Shown piece after piece: positions 39,301-48,711 of a stretch of 64,000 nt of DNA (positions are counted from its first letter, which is position 1; the number at the start of each line of letters is the position of its first letter). This DNA is from a candidate division WOR-3 bacterium. GTDB taxonomy: Bacteria > Hydrothermota > Hydrothermia > LBFQ01. The notes beneath the pieces are model-generated. The model saw nothing but the letters and a program-made list of their open reading frames with translations, was not told the origin of the DNA and made no database searches. Where the stretch lies: the NCBI GenBank assembly GCA_027050205.1, contig JALUCS010000097.1:17195-81194 (forward strand), read 5' to 3'. Position numbers and translations under genes: made by a program.

Positions 39301-39573
39301 GACGTCCTTGAGAAGATGAACAGCCTCCGTCTCCCCGCTACGCACAACGTAGACTTCCGTATCTACAAGAGCTTCGGGCTGCCCTTCGGTGCCAACCTCC
39401 GCCTCTTCGCGGACATCTATAACCTCCTAAACGACCGCACCATAGTTGACTACGCCGATCAGAACTACTACTACTACTTCGGCGACCCCGAAGGTCCGAG
39501 CAGAAACCCAACGGTGTATAAGAGGGGTAGGCTCACGAGGTACGGCCTGCAGATAACTTGGAAGCAGAGGTAA
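36394..39573 (+). CDS. TonB-dependent receptor (FCB type, carboxypeptidase-regulatory-like N-domain)
   Basis: Signal peptide; GKIAGRV..GEP; plug VRGGRPGEVSYVVDG and GGFGAEYGSASSGVIQ; GNPSLKPEKTISYEVG; aromatic C-terminal strand. Confidence 0.93.
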   Translation: MKRFLAGLFGLLVALPLFGQYGKIAGRVVSAESGEPIPAAVVRIVSGPAKGGTYADENGYYVLLRLPPGTYTLEARAIGYKPQIVKNVVVDADHTTEVNFSLPSKAIKVKAVVVEAKEKIIKKDETESKAVVKGENIQNIPVASLEQAISLSSGVRVSGGVIQVRGGRPGEVSYVVDGVEVTDPYTGYQSVDLPLNAIQEASVSKGGFGAEYGSASSGVIQVATREGTDKYEFSLQLFSSVGMGGFFNTNVGDPYMKYFQPPYFYGGDKYKKSATQTGTEYWKELVSFDENRAKVYQDNVDEFSKKDPYFADFATYFVGRDYFKYPWRENYFRPIIGIGGPILPFYDALRFYLSYDYTTTQGTFQNSMRKEGSYQFKISWFVTPKVKLFFGSVGTDGEYAFGFRPDWRLLLRRLPVIESKNRQFAAGVNYAPSPKSYLELRFGYFNTYRLYLPFIDIDMDGVADFTDRDGDLLVEVDPDMLKLIGRALDPNLIHEDKGDWVELRTFWWETPPQGYYPTFVKGTKKQNYYLGVVKGTNDTVLIAYGDTLYDSNGNPVEVDTVFRVKNCYVPAEGKVKACTTKIAFSNLYTPEPYTWPRWVFYTRNTKTWSTRLDFLSQDPFGLKGHEFKTGFEFYKYDIKQTDVDYASGGNIYMDLVDAQPYKGAYYIRDKMEFEGFIANVGFRFDYYNPNAWVPGDFLNPVKDLNLAQMGPIFNRDSSWWYHDKTTRDTFFLRDPKRVSPTFYVSPRIGISHPISENDVLHFTYGHYFQVPRLRWLFSNQYWFFTGAFNIIGNPSLKPEKTISYEVGIKHAFTPYTVIDVTAFYKDIADLVQSKWIYIGNTGWQYTTFVNQDFGSVRGVEVNFTKTPGGNNPYLRFLTLNIAYTLQFAKASFANQYALYALTWLGIAPEYAEEHYVSWDQRHVINAVVSYDIPLIRKNLRMQFLTGYGTSLIYSFGTGTPWSPPLRSPRDVLEKMNSLRLPATHNVDFRIYKSFGLPFGANLRLFADIYNLLNDRTIVDYADQNYYYYFGDPEGPSRNPTVYKRGRLTRYGLQITWKQR

Positions 39574-39584
39574 GGAGGTAGAAA

Positions 39585-41918
39585 ATGAAGAGGTACGCTT
39601 TGCTCTTATCGTTGACAGCTCTAGCCCTCCCGCTCTGGGGTAGGGATAAGGTCCCCAGAGGCAACGCGGGAGACTTCCGCGTCCTGGCCACTTCGGACAA
39701 ACAGTACGTGGTCTCCGTAGGGGACGTATGGACGACCTTCACCAACTACGGTGAGCATGGGGACGCTAACCTGATACTTCCCGGGTACAGTAGGCCCGGA
39801 AACACTCCGGGGCAGAACGTGTACTACCTCTGGGACGGGCGAGTCTGGATAGCAGCCTTCTTCCAGGGGAACAAGTACGTGACCGTTTACGACTACGGGG
39901 TCAAGGAGTGGTCCCCGAGCCCGGACAACGGTCCCACCGGGTTCGCCTTCATCGGGGCGGACAAGTCCTTCCTTGACGTTGAGGCCCGCTATCAGGACTT
40001 CAAGAACGACACCAGAAACAGCGGGCGACACACCGGTCTCAAGGTGATAGAGAGGCTCCTCTCCTGGCCCCACGACCCCTACAACCAGTTCTTCGCTTAC
40101 GAGATGGGTATAACCTTCGTCAAAGACTCCTTTGACATATCCGACAACAAGCCCGACTCCCTGCAGATATACGTAGCCTGGACTTACGACGCCGACGTCT
40201 GCGGTGCGGACAGGGAGTACCCTCACATAGATGACCTGGTCTATTACGACGGCGCGCCCGAGGACTGTAACATCTCCCTAATGGCCCACCCTATGGGATG
40301 GGAGGACAGCGTTTCCGTCCTCATAGATACGACCATACACACCCCAGACGACGTACCTGACGGCTACACCATATGGGGTGATGATCCTAAGGAGAAAGAG
40401 ATAACGATAGCATACTACGAGTCTCACTTCGGTCCCGGTGCCCGTCCCGACTCTTTCATGCTGGTGCGTCCCAACCGTGAAAACCCCGACCAGATGGACA
40501 CGGTGTATTACTACTACCTCATCCCCCGCAACACGTCTATGATATACGACTGGGACAACCCCTCCGAGGCCGGAGATGACATCGGAGACAACGGTATGTG
40601 TAAGGGATACATCGGTATGAGGCTCATATACGCCCCGCCGAGCGACAACGACCTCTCCGCCAGCGACGGTCAGGGCGTCGGCTCCCTCTGCCGTCCCATA
40701 ACCCTCGCCAAGAGTACGGGTACTGGGGACAACGTGCGCATAATCTACCCCCACGCCCACCAGTGGTGGAACATAGAGACGGATCCCGGAGACGACAACG
40801 CCCGCTACGACTACATCGTGGGGGATCACCCCGCCACCAGGCCCTACAAGTTCGCCCCCCATCCGTTTGACTTCGGTGCCACGCAGTTTGACTACAGGTT
40901 CCTCCTCTCCACCGGCCCGTACTGGATCCACAACGGAGATACCCTCTGGTTCGTAGTGGCCGCCGGTGTGGGTGAGGGACTGAACGGAGATACGAACAAC
41001 TACTGGTATGGTGGCGATTACAAGCTCGGTCTCCGTCAGCTCATGGATCAGGCCCTTCTGGCCTACTACACCGGTGTCAACGGTCTGTGCGATCCCGCCC
41101 ACCCCTGTGGTCCCAACGAGGCCCCTCACTGGAAGATCCCCATTCCGCCTGTCACCCCTTCCCTAAGCTACGGTCCCTCCGGCGACTCCGTCATCCTCAT
41201 ATGGGACAAGAAGGCCGAGTACACCATAGACCCCATCAAGAAGGAGATAGACTTCATGGGGTACGCCATATACCGTGCCAAGTTCGGTCCCAAGTTCAAC
41301 AACCCTCCGGTTAAGATCCTCATAGACGCCGACAAGGACCCCGCCCTCATAGACTCCGTGAGGAACTACTGGATAAGCTACTGGCAGAAGGTCGCGAACG
41401 TAGATGTGAGCGATCGGATAGAGGTCAAGTCCTTCAGGGGGCAGAACACTTACATAGACAAGAACCCTCCGAAGGGCTATCCTCTCTACTACGCCGTTAC
41501 GGCCTTTGACTGGGAGCCGGCCATACACGCCAGCCTTGAGTCCTCTGCCAACAACTACCTGAAGAGTGCGGACGGATCTCCCAAGCCCATTTACGTCGGT
41601 GGTCCCGCCGGCGGGAGCGATTGGACCAAACAGGTCGTCATAGCGCCCAACCCGGTCTACGGCTCTACGAAGTGGTCCGCCACTGGTATTACCCCCGAGA
41701 TCAAGTTCTTCAACGTCCCGGCCTCTGCTCGTATAGACATATACTCCTTCACGGGGGACCACATCAAGACCTTATACAACAACCTTCCCACCACCGGTGC
41801 CGTCTCCTGGAACCTCCTGACGCCCCAGGGCCGTATGGTATCGCCCGGAATCTACTTTGTGCGCATCGTGGATAAGGACGGCAACACGTACTACGGCAAG
41901 TTCGTGGTACTTAGATAG
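39585..41918 (+). CDS. Receptor-associated exported protein with FN3-like and FlgD-Ig/T9SS-like C-terminal domain
   Basis: Signal peptide; TNYG..G...YLWDGRVW; WDKKAEYTIDP..DFMGYAIYR; PNPVY...IYSFTG...WNL...GIYFV..GKFVVLR. Confidence 0.8.
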   Translation: MKRYALLLSLTALALPLWGRDKVPRGNAGDFRVLATSDKQYVVSVGDVWTTFTNYGEHGDANLILPGYSRPGNTPGQNVYYLWDGRVWIAAFFQGNKYVTVYDYGVKEWSPSPDNGPTGFAFIGADKSFLDVEARYQDFKNDTRNSGRHTGLKVIERLLSWPHDPYNQFFAYEMGITFVKDSFDISDNKPDSLQIYVAWTYDADVCGADREYPHIDDLVYYDGAPEDCNISLMAHPMGWEDSVSVLIDTTIHTPDDVPDGYTIWGDDPKEKEITIAYYESHFGPGARPDSFMLVRPNRENPDQMDTVYYYYLIPRNTSMIYDWDNPSEAGDDIGDNGMCKGYIGMRLIYAPPSDNDLSASDGQGVGSLCRPITLAKSTGTGDNVRIIYPHAHQWWNIETDPGDDNARYDYIVGDHPATRPYKFAPHPFDFGATQFDYRFLLSTGPYWIHNGDTLWFVVAAGVGEGLNGDTNNYWYGGDYKLGLRQLMDQALLAYYTGVNGLCDPAHPCGPNEAPHWKIPIPPVTPSLSYGPSGDSVILIWDKKAEYTIDPIKKEIDFMGYAIYRAKFGPKFNNPPVKILIDADKDPALIDSVRNYWISYWQKVANVDVSDRIEVKSFRGQNTYIDKNPPKGYPLYYAVTAFDWEPAIHASLESSANNYLKSADGSPKPIYVGGPAGGSDWTKQVVIAPNPVYGSTKWSATGITPEIKFFNVPASARIDIYSFTGDHIKTLYNNLPTTGAVSWNLLTPQGRMVSPGIYFVRIVDKDGNTYYGKFVVLR

Positions 41919-41928
41919 GAGGTAGAAA

Positions 41929-42915
41929 ATGATCCTGTGGATGCTTGTCCTTCAGTACGGCGAGAGGAATTACAACCCTTTCGCCAAGGTAGGAGTTGCG
42001 GGAAGTAAGTTCCTCCAGCTCTATACCTCCCCCAAGGTGGGTGCTATGGGGGAGGCCTCCGTCAGCTACTTCACGGACGACCCCCTACTAATGGTGAACA
42101 ACCCCGCCTCCGCCATGTTTATGAACAGCAAGGCTGTAGGTGTGGGGTTCATGCCCTACTGGGTCCAGACCTACGTCACGGATATAGCATACATCCACCC
42201 CCGCGGTAGGTTCAAGTTCGGTGGGTACCTCCACGCGGCCACATCCCTCGGATTCAAACACACCGTAGTTACGGACGACGGCTACGAAGAGCAGGGGACG
42301 TTTAACTACACCGGTATGGCCATGGCCTTCGTTATGGGTGCCCGCCTGACCGACAAGTTCTCCGTGGCCCTCGCCCCTAAGCTCATATACGAGGGTTTTG
42401 GCTCCTTTACGAATACCTACGCCTTCGCTGTAGATGTCGGGACGGTGTTTGAAACCGGATGGCACGGTGTAAACATCGGAATGACCGTCCAGAACTTCGG
42501 GACGGACCCGAGGCTCTCTGGAAATTACGTAATCTACAGCTTTACAGGAAACGAGGTGGTTGAGGATACTGTTCCCTACAAGGCCTATAACCTTCCGCTG
42601 ACCTTCAGGGCCGGCCTCTCCTTTGACGTATTCCGCAGGTCCTACCACGCCCTCATAGGGGTACTTGAGGTCAATCACCCCAACGACAACGCCGAGTCCT
42701 ACAACCTGGGTTTCCAGTACTCCTACGCCGATATGTTCTTCCTCCGTCTGGGCAAGAAGTTCCGCGGAGGGTTCAACTGGGTATCCGACTCCCACGACGA
42801 GGTCTTCAACTTCGGCTTCGGCCTGAAGTTCGCCAGTATGTCCTTTGACTACGCGTACACCGTAAACTACCGCATGCCGGACGTCAGCAGGTTCGGTCTC
42901 GTATATACCTTTTAA
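41929..42915 (+). CDS. porV: PorV/PorQ-family outer-membrane beta-barrel
   Basis: KVGVAGSKFL...KVGAMGEA...NNPA N-terminal signature; AVDVGT and LPLTFRAG motifs; C-terminal FDYAY...RFGLVYTF. Confidence 0.85.
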   Translation: MILWMLVLQYGERNYNPFAKVGVAGSKFLQLYTSPKVGAMGEASVSYFTDDPLLMVNNPASAMFMNSKAVGVGFMPYWVQTYVTDIAYIHPRGRFKFGGYLHAATSLGFKHTVVTDDGYEEQGTFNYTGMAMAFVMGARLTDKFSVALAPKLIYEGFGSFTNTYAFAVDVGTVFETGWHGVNIGMTVQNFGTDPRLSGNYVIYSFTGNEVVEDTVPYKAYNLPLTFRAGLSFDVFRRSYHALIGVLEVNHPNDNAESYNLGFQYSYADMFFLRLGKKFRGGFNWVSDSHDEVFNFGFGLKFASMSFDYAYTVNYRMPDVSRFGLVYTF

Positions 42916-42927
42916 GGAGGTAGTGAA

Positions 42928-45723
42928 ATGAAACGGTTTGCGATAGCCCTTGGTCTCTTAGGCGCTACACCCCTTATGGGGGTAGATAGCGTTGAGGTAT
43001 ACCTGCCCACCTTTAAGCTCATATTCTCCATAGATGAGGTTCCTACGAAGGTTCCCGTCCTGGACTCAACGGAGTACGCGTACATCGCCCTCCTGAAGAA
43101 GAACATCTACGGTATGAACCTCGTTGAGGTGGCCTCCTTCAGGGACTTCCCTCCTGTCGGATGGTCCGCCGACCCCGAGTGGGGTATGACCTACGAGCTG
43201 ATAGAGGGGTCCTACTACTATCCAGCCGTGGTTTATACGGCCACGCCGGCCACCGGTTCCTACTCCCTGACCTCCGCCGTGCTTGACCTGTCCGTTACGG
43301 ACGTACCCATTCCGGACACCCTGACCTTCACCTACAAGCTAACCGGTATGGAAAACGGGGATACCATGTACATAGAGGTCATAGGAAGCGGGGACGACAC
43401 GACCACGTGCTGGACCCCCATAGGCACCCTAACCTCCGCGGACATTACGGATACGATGAGTGTCAGGCGCTTCCAGGTTCTCCCCGACTCCTACACCTGC
43501 GGCACTTTGGACGATAACTCCGTTGTGCAGCTAAGGTTCCGCTTCAAGGACAACAGCAGCCCCACAATGGATAGCTCTAAGTTCTTCGCCCTCTACAACG
43601 TGTATGTCGGTGGATACTGGTACAGGCCCACCGCCAACGACACCATTCCGGACTCTCTGGTGAGCTACTACGTCGGCACGGTCAAGGCTGCCTTTGAGAA
43701 CGTACCCGACAGGATGCTCAGCTTTCTCGGCCTGACCAAGGACGCCCTGAAGACCAAGAGCGCCGACAAGAAGGTCGTCATCCTCATAGCCCCCTTTAAT
43801 ATGTCTGACGTCTATCTGAATCAGAGGTACCTCGGTTATTGGGACGCCTACGACACCCTCAACAGCTACGACCTCATATACATAAACTACGCCAAGCAGA
43901 CGGCCCAGGGTGTCTTCGGCGGGGTACACTGGGATACCACGAAGGTGCGCAGGTATCTGGCCTTCCAGTACGCCCGTCTGGTGGCCTACAGCCTTGACAC
44001 TACCGAAGCTTACAACTACTACCCTGTATGGTTCAACCAGTTCCAGATGGCCATCAAGGCCGCTTGGATAGCCCACAAGGTACTCCGGAGAGACTTCGGT
44101 GATCCTCTCGGACTGGCAGGAGGTATAAAGGGAGGAACGCCGGAGAAGAGCAGTCAGCCCCTCATCATAGCGTCCTTTACGTACGATGGAAAGGTATATA
44201 CTGACGAGTACATCAGCAAACTCCTACCTTGGGTTATCCACGTAGAGGACATCGCCGGTGAATCCGCCGTTAAGGAGGCTTTGAGTGAGAAGGACGTTCC
44301 CTTCTTATGGTATCCTTACCTCGCAAACTCCTTAAACAACCTCATCCTAGGAGCCGGTTCCAACTTCTACAAGGAGGTGGAGACCTTTTACCTCAAGGAG
44401 TTGGGTGCTGGTCAGACTTGGGACGATGCCCTCGCAGACTATCCGCACTTTACCAGCGATGACGTCTTCAACACCCTTGACTACACGGCCTCCAGTGCCG
44501 CCAACGTGGTGAATAAGGTCGCCTTCCCGTTTGTGGCTTACAGGTATAGCGTAAACCAGCCCGGCCGTAAGTACCTGAGGTTTGACGGTGCAGACTACAA
44601 CTCCGTGACTACGTACATAGGCGGTAGCCTTGACACCATACCGGGCTTTGTGCTTTATAAGGTGGACCTTAACAACAACACGTGGGAAAGGGTACAGCTG
44701 GACGAGAGGTTAAGGTGGTCCTTTAGGGATGACGCCGGCCTAAGGGGTAATTACTACTTCCTGCTGATAAACGTCGGTGCCACCGCTCTCTACTCCATAA
44801 GCGCCGACTTTAGGGATACTTTGCCGCCTACGGTGGCCGACTTCGGTATCCTCCCCGATGCTGCTGCCCCCGAGTTCATAGACGTCTATCTGTACTCCGA
44901 TAGTAAAGTGTACTTTGACGCCGGTCAGGAGGGGGCGCTCGTGCAGTTCTGGCCGAAGAACGACTCGGCCAAGTACCAGGTCTACAACCTGTACCTTGAC
45001 TACGCCGGCATGGCCGACACCACCTACCTGGTCTATAGGAAGCAGATCAGGCTCTCCTTCACGGATATCTTCGGAAACGAGTACTTCGGTCCTATCAAGT
45101 ACCGCCTCACCCGCGCCCAGAACGCCGCCGGCGTGGACTACATAACAACCCTGACCGACACTTCCGGTGAGTTCTACAAGGTGAAGCTCGGTACGGACAT
45201 GGCTGACATCATACCCGACGTCCTTTCTATGGCCTCCACGGCCGGGGAGCAGAGGTTCTACCTCTTCCCTAACGGTAGGGAGTACGTCTTCAACGTCCCC
45301 GTCCACGCTCAGGTCAAAGTGGCCGCCCAGGAGGGAGACCGGGTCTTCTACTTCAACGGATACGAGTGGGTGGAGGCCCGTTCCTACTACTATCCCGAAG
45401 AGGGTAAGGTTGAGGCCTTCGTGAGCGGCGCCTACCGCATATACGTCGGCAAGGAGAAGCCCTCCACCGCTCCCGTTACCGCCTTTAACGTCAAGAGCGA
45501 GGTCAACAAGGTGATCGTATCCACCCCCGAAGAGGGACAAATCACCCTTAAGATATACAACCCGATGGGTCGTCTCGTTCGCACCCTTATCCACAACGCT
45601 AAGGGAGCCGGGAACTACGCCTTCAGGATAGACGACCTGCCGCGCGGTGTCTATCTCGTGCGCGTGAAGGCCGGTAAGTACGCCCGTACGGTTAAGCTCC
45701 TTGTACTTGGAGGTGTAAGATGA
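42928..45723 (+). CDS. Large exported multi-domain protein with degenerate zinc-metallopeptidase-like domain and T9SS type A-like C-terminal domain
   Basis: Signal peptide; LAFQYARLV...WFNQ where HExxH...WxNE is expected; C-terminus IYNPMGRLVRTL...GVYLVRV...KLLV. Confidence 0.75.
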   Translation: MKRFAIALGLLGATPLMGVDSVEVYLPTFKLIFSIDEVPTKVPVLDSTEYAYIALLKKNIYGMNLVEVASFRDFPPVGWSADPEWGMTYELIEGSYYYPAVVYTATPATGSYSLTSAVLDLSVTDVPIPDTLTFTYKLTGMENGDTMYIEVIGSGDDTTTCWTPIGTLTSADITDTMSVRRFQVLPDSYTCGTLDDNSVVQLRFRFKDNSSPTMDSSKFFALYNVYVGGYWYRPTANDTIPDSLVSYYVGTVKAAFENVPDRMLSFLGLTKDALKTKSADKKVVILIAPFNMSDVYLNQRYLGYWDAYDTLNSYDLIYINYAKQTAQGVFGGVHWDTTKVRRYLAFQYARLVAYSLDTTEAYNYYPVWFNQFQMAIKAAWIAHKVLRRDFGDPLGLAGGIKGGTPEKSSQPLIIASFTYDGKVYTDEYISKLLPWVIHVEDIAGESAVKEALSEKDVPFLWYPYLANSLNNLILGAGSNFYKEVETFYLKELGAGQTWDDALADYPHFTSDDVFNTLDYTASSAANVVNKVAFPFVAYRYSVNQPGRKYLRFDGADYNSVTTYIGGSLDTIPGFVLYKVDLNNNTWERVQLDERLRWSFRDDAGLRGNYYFLLINVGATALYSISADFRDTLPPTVADFGILPDAAAPEFIDVYLYSDSKVYFDAGQEGALVQFWPKNDSAKYQVYNLYLDYAGMADTTYLVYRKQIRLSFTDIFGNEYFGPIKYRLTRAQNAAGVDYITTLTDTSGEFYKVKLGTDMADIIPDVLSMASTAGEQRFYLFPNGREYVFNVPVHAQVKVAAQEGDRVFYFNGYEWVEARSYYYPEEGKVEAFVSGAYRIYVGKEKPSTAPVTAFNVKSEVNKVIVSTPEEGQITLKIYNPMGRLVRTLIHNAKGAGNYAFRIDDLPRGVYLVRVKAGKYARTVKLLVLGGVR

Positions 45724-46997
45724 AAAGGTTTATAACCGTCCTGTTGGTGTCCGGAACTCTGGTGTGGGGTGTGAGCGGGTGTAAGCTGTTCCACGCACAG
45801 GACACCACCCCTGAGGCTGCCGAGATGGGTAAACTCCTGAAGGAGGGGTGGCAGTACTATAAGGAGGGGAAGTTTGACTCGGCCCTGGCCAAGTTTGACA
45901 CGGCCGCTATCATAGTGGACCCCTCCAACATGGAGGCCCACCTCGGTAGGGGACTCACACTCATGAGGAAGGGCCTTTACATTGATGCCCACCAGGAGTT
46001 CGCCCTGATATACACCCCTTACGTCCAGGAGAACGTCTGGATCGTACCTCTCTACGTCCCCGGCGATAGGGAGGGGGTGTTTGATACGATAATAAGCGGC
46101 ACCGACACGTTGGCCTTTGGTATAGACAGCAACGACTTGCTTAGAGCCGATCAGAACAGTAGGCTCATCAGTTCCCCCAACTATACGATCCTCGCCGCGT
46201 GGGAGCTCGGCCCCCTCTTCGCTTCCAACGGTATCTCCTTTGAGGATGCGGACTACGTCTATCTTCCCGTTGACCTCAAGAAGATCATGGTTAAGCCCGA
46301 CACGGCTCTCCTACCTAAGGGCATAGACCCCGTAACCTTTACGACGGCTTTTACCCCCACGACGGCACCTCTAAACGTTACCTCGTCCTCTATCTCCTAT
46401 GTTGATACGGCTGGACCCGTCGTCTTCCTAAGCAGCACCAAGAGCGGTCCCGATAGGGAAACGGAGTTCCCCCTTCTGTTCGACTGGTTGTACGATGTCG
46501 ACACCGCCACCTCAACGCCCATAGGGGACACCATCACCCTGACTATGGTCGTCCTGAAGATGGCCAAGAGCGGTCTCGGGGAGAGGCCCGATATAGTTTG
46601 GATGGCCCTCGCCGCCGACGCCCACACCTACTACATGGAGGCCATAGACAACAGGAAGGCAGCCTACCTCGCCTTCGCCGCCTACCTCCTCTTCCCTATG
46701 AGGGGTGATATACCCTCCGACGCGAACTACGCCGGTATCCCCGGTCTGACCACGGACGACGCCTCCGTCCTAAAGGGCCTCGCCGGAGTGGCCGCCCTCG
46801 GGTACCACAAGGCCGGATGGGTCGGGAACGCTGTCTCCGTCATCCGTTTCTTCGGCGACAGCACCTATCCCAACTCCCTGTGGAACTACATACCCGACAC
46901 CTACGAGGAGATGGTAAACACGGTGGGCTTCACCAAGGACGCGAACGTTAACTATTCGGTCTATAACAGGGCCAACGAGCTTTTCTTCGGTATGTAA
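45720..46997 (+). CDS. Lipoprotein with N-terminal TPR
   Basis: Lipobox VSG-C; TPR GWQYYKEGKFDSALAKF...AHLGRG. Confidence 0.75.
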   Translation: MKRFITVLLVSGTLVWGVSGCKLFHAQDTTPEAAEMGKLLKEGWQYYKEGKFDSALAKFDTAAIIVDPSNMEAHLGRGLTLMRKGLYIDAHQEFALIYTPYVQENVWIVPLYVPGDREGVFDTIISGTDTLAFGIDSNDLLRADQNSRLISSPNYTILAAWELGPLFASNGISFEDADYVYLPVDLKKIMVKPDTALLPKGIDPVTFTTAFTPTTAPLNVTSSSISYVDTAGPVVFLSSTKSGPDRETEFPLLFDWLYDVDTATSTPIGDTITLTMVVLKMAKSGLGERPDIVWMALAADAHTYYMEAIDNRKAAYLAFAAYLLFPMRGDIPSDANYAGIPGLTTDDASVLKGLAGVAALGYHKAGWVGNAVSVIRFFGDSTYPNSLWNYIPDTYEEMVNTVGFTKDANVNYSVYNRANELFFGM

Positions 46998-47013
46998 AAA
47001 AGGAGGTATGAGT

Positions 47014-48663
47014 ATGATTTGGGTAATCGCGGCTTTGCCCAACATGCAGGTTATAAACCTGCACAGCGCTCCCCGTATGAGGGTGGCGAAGGGCCTTATG
47101 GAGCATCTAGAGGCCCGCAAGAGGATAGACACGAGGGTGCCCAAGACGGTTGGCTCCTCGTCCTACACCCCCTTCACCCTGAGCGAGGTCTTCGGCGATA
47201 CCGCCCCCAACCAGTACACCCTTTGGGGGAGCAGCCACCGTTCCCTCTACAGGCACGGCGATACGCTCTGTGTGGCTTACAGGCGTACAGATACCCGTGG
47301 AAGCGGGTACATAGCCGTAGCCTTCTCCTTTGACAACGGCGCTACCTGGACCGTGCGCGAGGATATAAACGAGGCGGCCGGTCTCCTTGATGCTGGTGGC
47401 CGTTATCCTAACTGCGTGGGCTTCTACAACGGTGACCCCGTCGTAACCTGGCCCGAGCTCACGGCCGGTCCAGCCTGGGGTGCTGCATGCGTAGCCGTTG
47501 CCTCTACTTCCCCTTACGGTTTCTGTACTGATCCTTCTTACCAGACCTATCACACCTTCGCCTGGCCTATAGATGCCAACACCTACGCCGTTATCGGTTT
47601 CACATCTAACGACGATATAATCTACTATACCTATGACCTCTCCACAGCCACGGCGAGCTCCGTTCAGATAATCCGCAACTCCGGGACGGGTGAAGGTGTG
47701 TATATGTATGACATAGGTCGCTATCAGGCCGACGCTTACGTCTACGGCTACAGCTACGCCGATTCTGGGGACGTTATCTTCAGGATACAGGGCGACGGTA
47801 CGGTCACCCCTGCAGCCTATCCCGTCTATTACGGTTTCGTTACGCCTTCTGACACGATAATGTACATCTTTGATGCCAACCTCTCTATAGATCTGGACGG
47901 TAATCCGTGGGTGGTTTACATGGCGAAGGATACCCTTAATAACGCCGGAAGTGGTATAGGCCACGTTATGCTGTTCAATCAGGCCGAGGATACGTCCGGT
48001 GCCACGGCAAGGGCGCTCTACATCCCCGATCCCTCCGATCCTTACAGGGCATTCCGTAAGAATCCTATGTACAGGCCGACTTTGGCTTTTGGGCCTGACA
48101 ACAATACCATCCTCGCAACGGTCCTCGTATTCTCTGACTCCGCCAACTACGGATGTCCGACCGTGACCGGTAGCTCTGCTCCTCCCACCGAGCTCGTGGC
48201 CTTCGCTTCCACGGACGGGGGTGCCAACTGGTTCCCTGCGGACGGTGACCTCATAGGTGACGATGCTACCGCCGACGTGATGGAGGACCTGTACCTCCTC
48301 AACTTCTATCCCACCAACGGGTACTACGTCTATCCCGGCGGCGACGTGTGTGTCGTTTATCTCACTCCTCTTGACGGCACCACCCAGCTATACTGTAATG
48401 CTGCGGAGGAGAACGGTGTGGCTCAGGCCCTCATCCACGTCTCCTGCGGCCAGGCCGTTGGCGTAGCCGAGAAGCCCGCTAAGAGCGGTGCCATCACCAC
48501 CGTCTCCGTCCTCAAGGGCGGCGTTGAGGTCAGCGGTCCCGCCTCCATCTACGACGCCAAGGGCGCCCTCGTCGCCACGACCAAGGGTGGCTTCGTCTCC
48601 CTTGATAGGGGCGTCTACTTCGTCAAGACCGGAAACCGCGTGAGCAAGGTGGTGGTCAGGTAA
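47014..48663 (+). CDS. Exported beta-propeller (BNR/Asp-box) protein with T9SS type A-like C-terminal domain
   Basis: Asp-boxes SFDNGATW and STDGGANW; C-terminus IYDAKGALV...GVYFV...KVVVR; ATG 47014 is better spaced from AGGAGGT than 47008. Confidence 0.75.
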   Translation: MIWVIAALPNMQVINLHSAPRMRVAKGLMEHLEARKRIDTRVPKTVGSSSYTPFTLSEVFGDTAPNQYTLWGSSHRSLYRHGDTLCVAYRRTDTRGSGYIAVAFSFDNGATWTVREDINEAAGLLDAGGRYPNCVGFYNGDPVVTWPELTAGPAWGAACVAVASTSPYGFCTDPSYQTYHTFAWPIDANTYAVIGFTSNDDIIYYTYDLSTATASSVQIIRNSGTGEGVYMYDIGRYQADAYVYGYSYADSGDVIFRIQGDGTVTPAAYPVYYGFVTPSDTIMYIFDANLSIDLDGNPWVVYMAKDTLNNAGSGIGHVMLFNQAEDTSGATARALYIPDPSDPYRAFRKNPMYRPTLAFGPDNNTILATVLVFSDSANYGCPTVTGSSAPPTELVAFASTDGGANWFPADGDLIGDDATADVMEDLYLLNFYPTNGYYVYPGGDVCVVYLTPLDGTTQLYCNAAEENGVAQALIHVSCGQAVGVAEKPAKSGAITTVSVLKGGVEVSGPASIYDAKGALVATTKGGFVSLDRGVYFVKTGNRVSKVVVR

Positions 48664-48681
48664 GAACCTGACCCCTCATTT

Positions 48682-48711
48682 ACGCCCCGCCGTACGGCGG
48701 GGCGTTTTTTT
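48682..48711 (+). terminator. Intrinsic terminator ending the TonB/PorV operon
   Basis: Perfect inverted repeat ACGCCCCGCCG-TA-CGGCGGGGCGT followed by a T run. Confidence 0.85.

Noticed and set aside
3253-47964. Long antisense ORFs in the track (e.g. 3253..4056, 17280..18365, 27238..27966, 40278..41129, 44740..45594, 47107..47964)
   Set aside because: They lie wholly opposite well-supported genes, are V/G/E-biased shadows of strong codon bias, and lack motifs or start signals.
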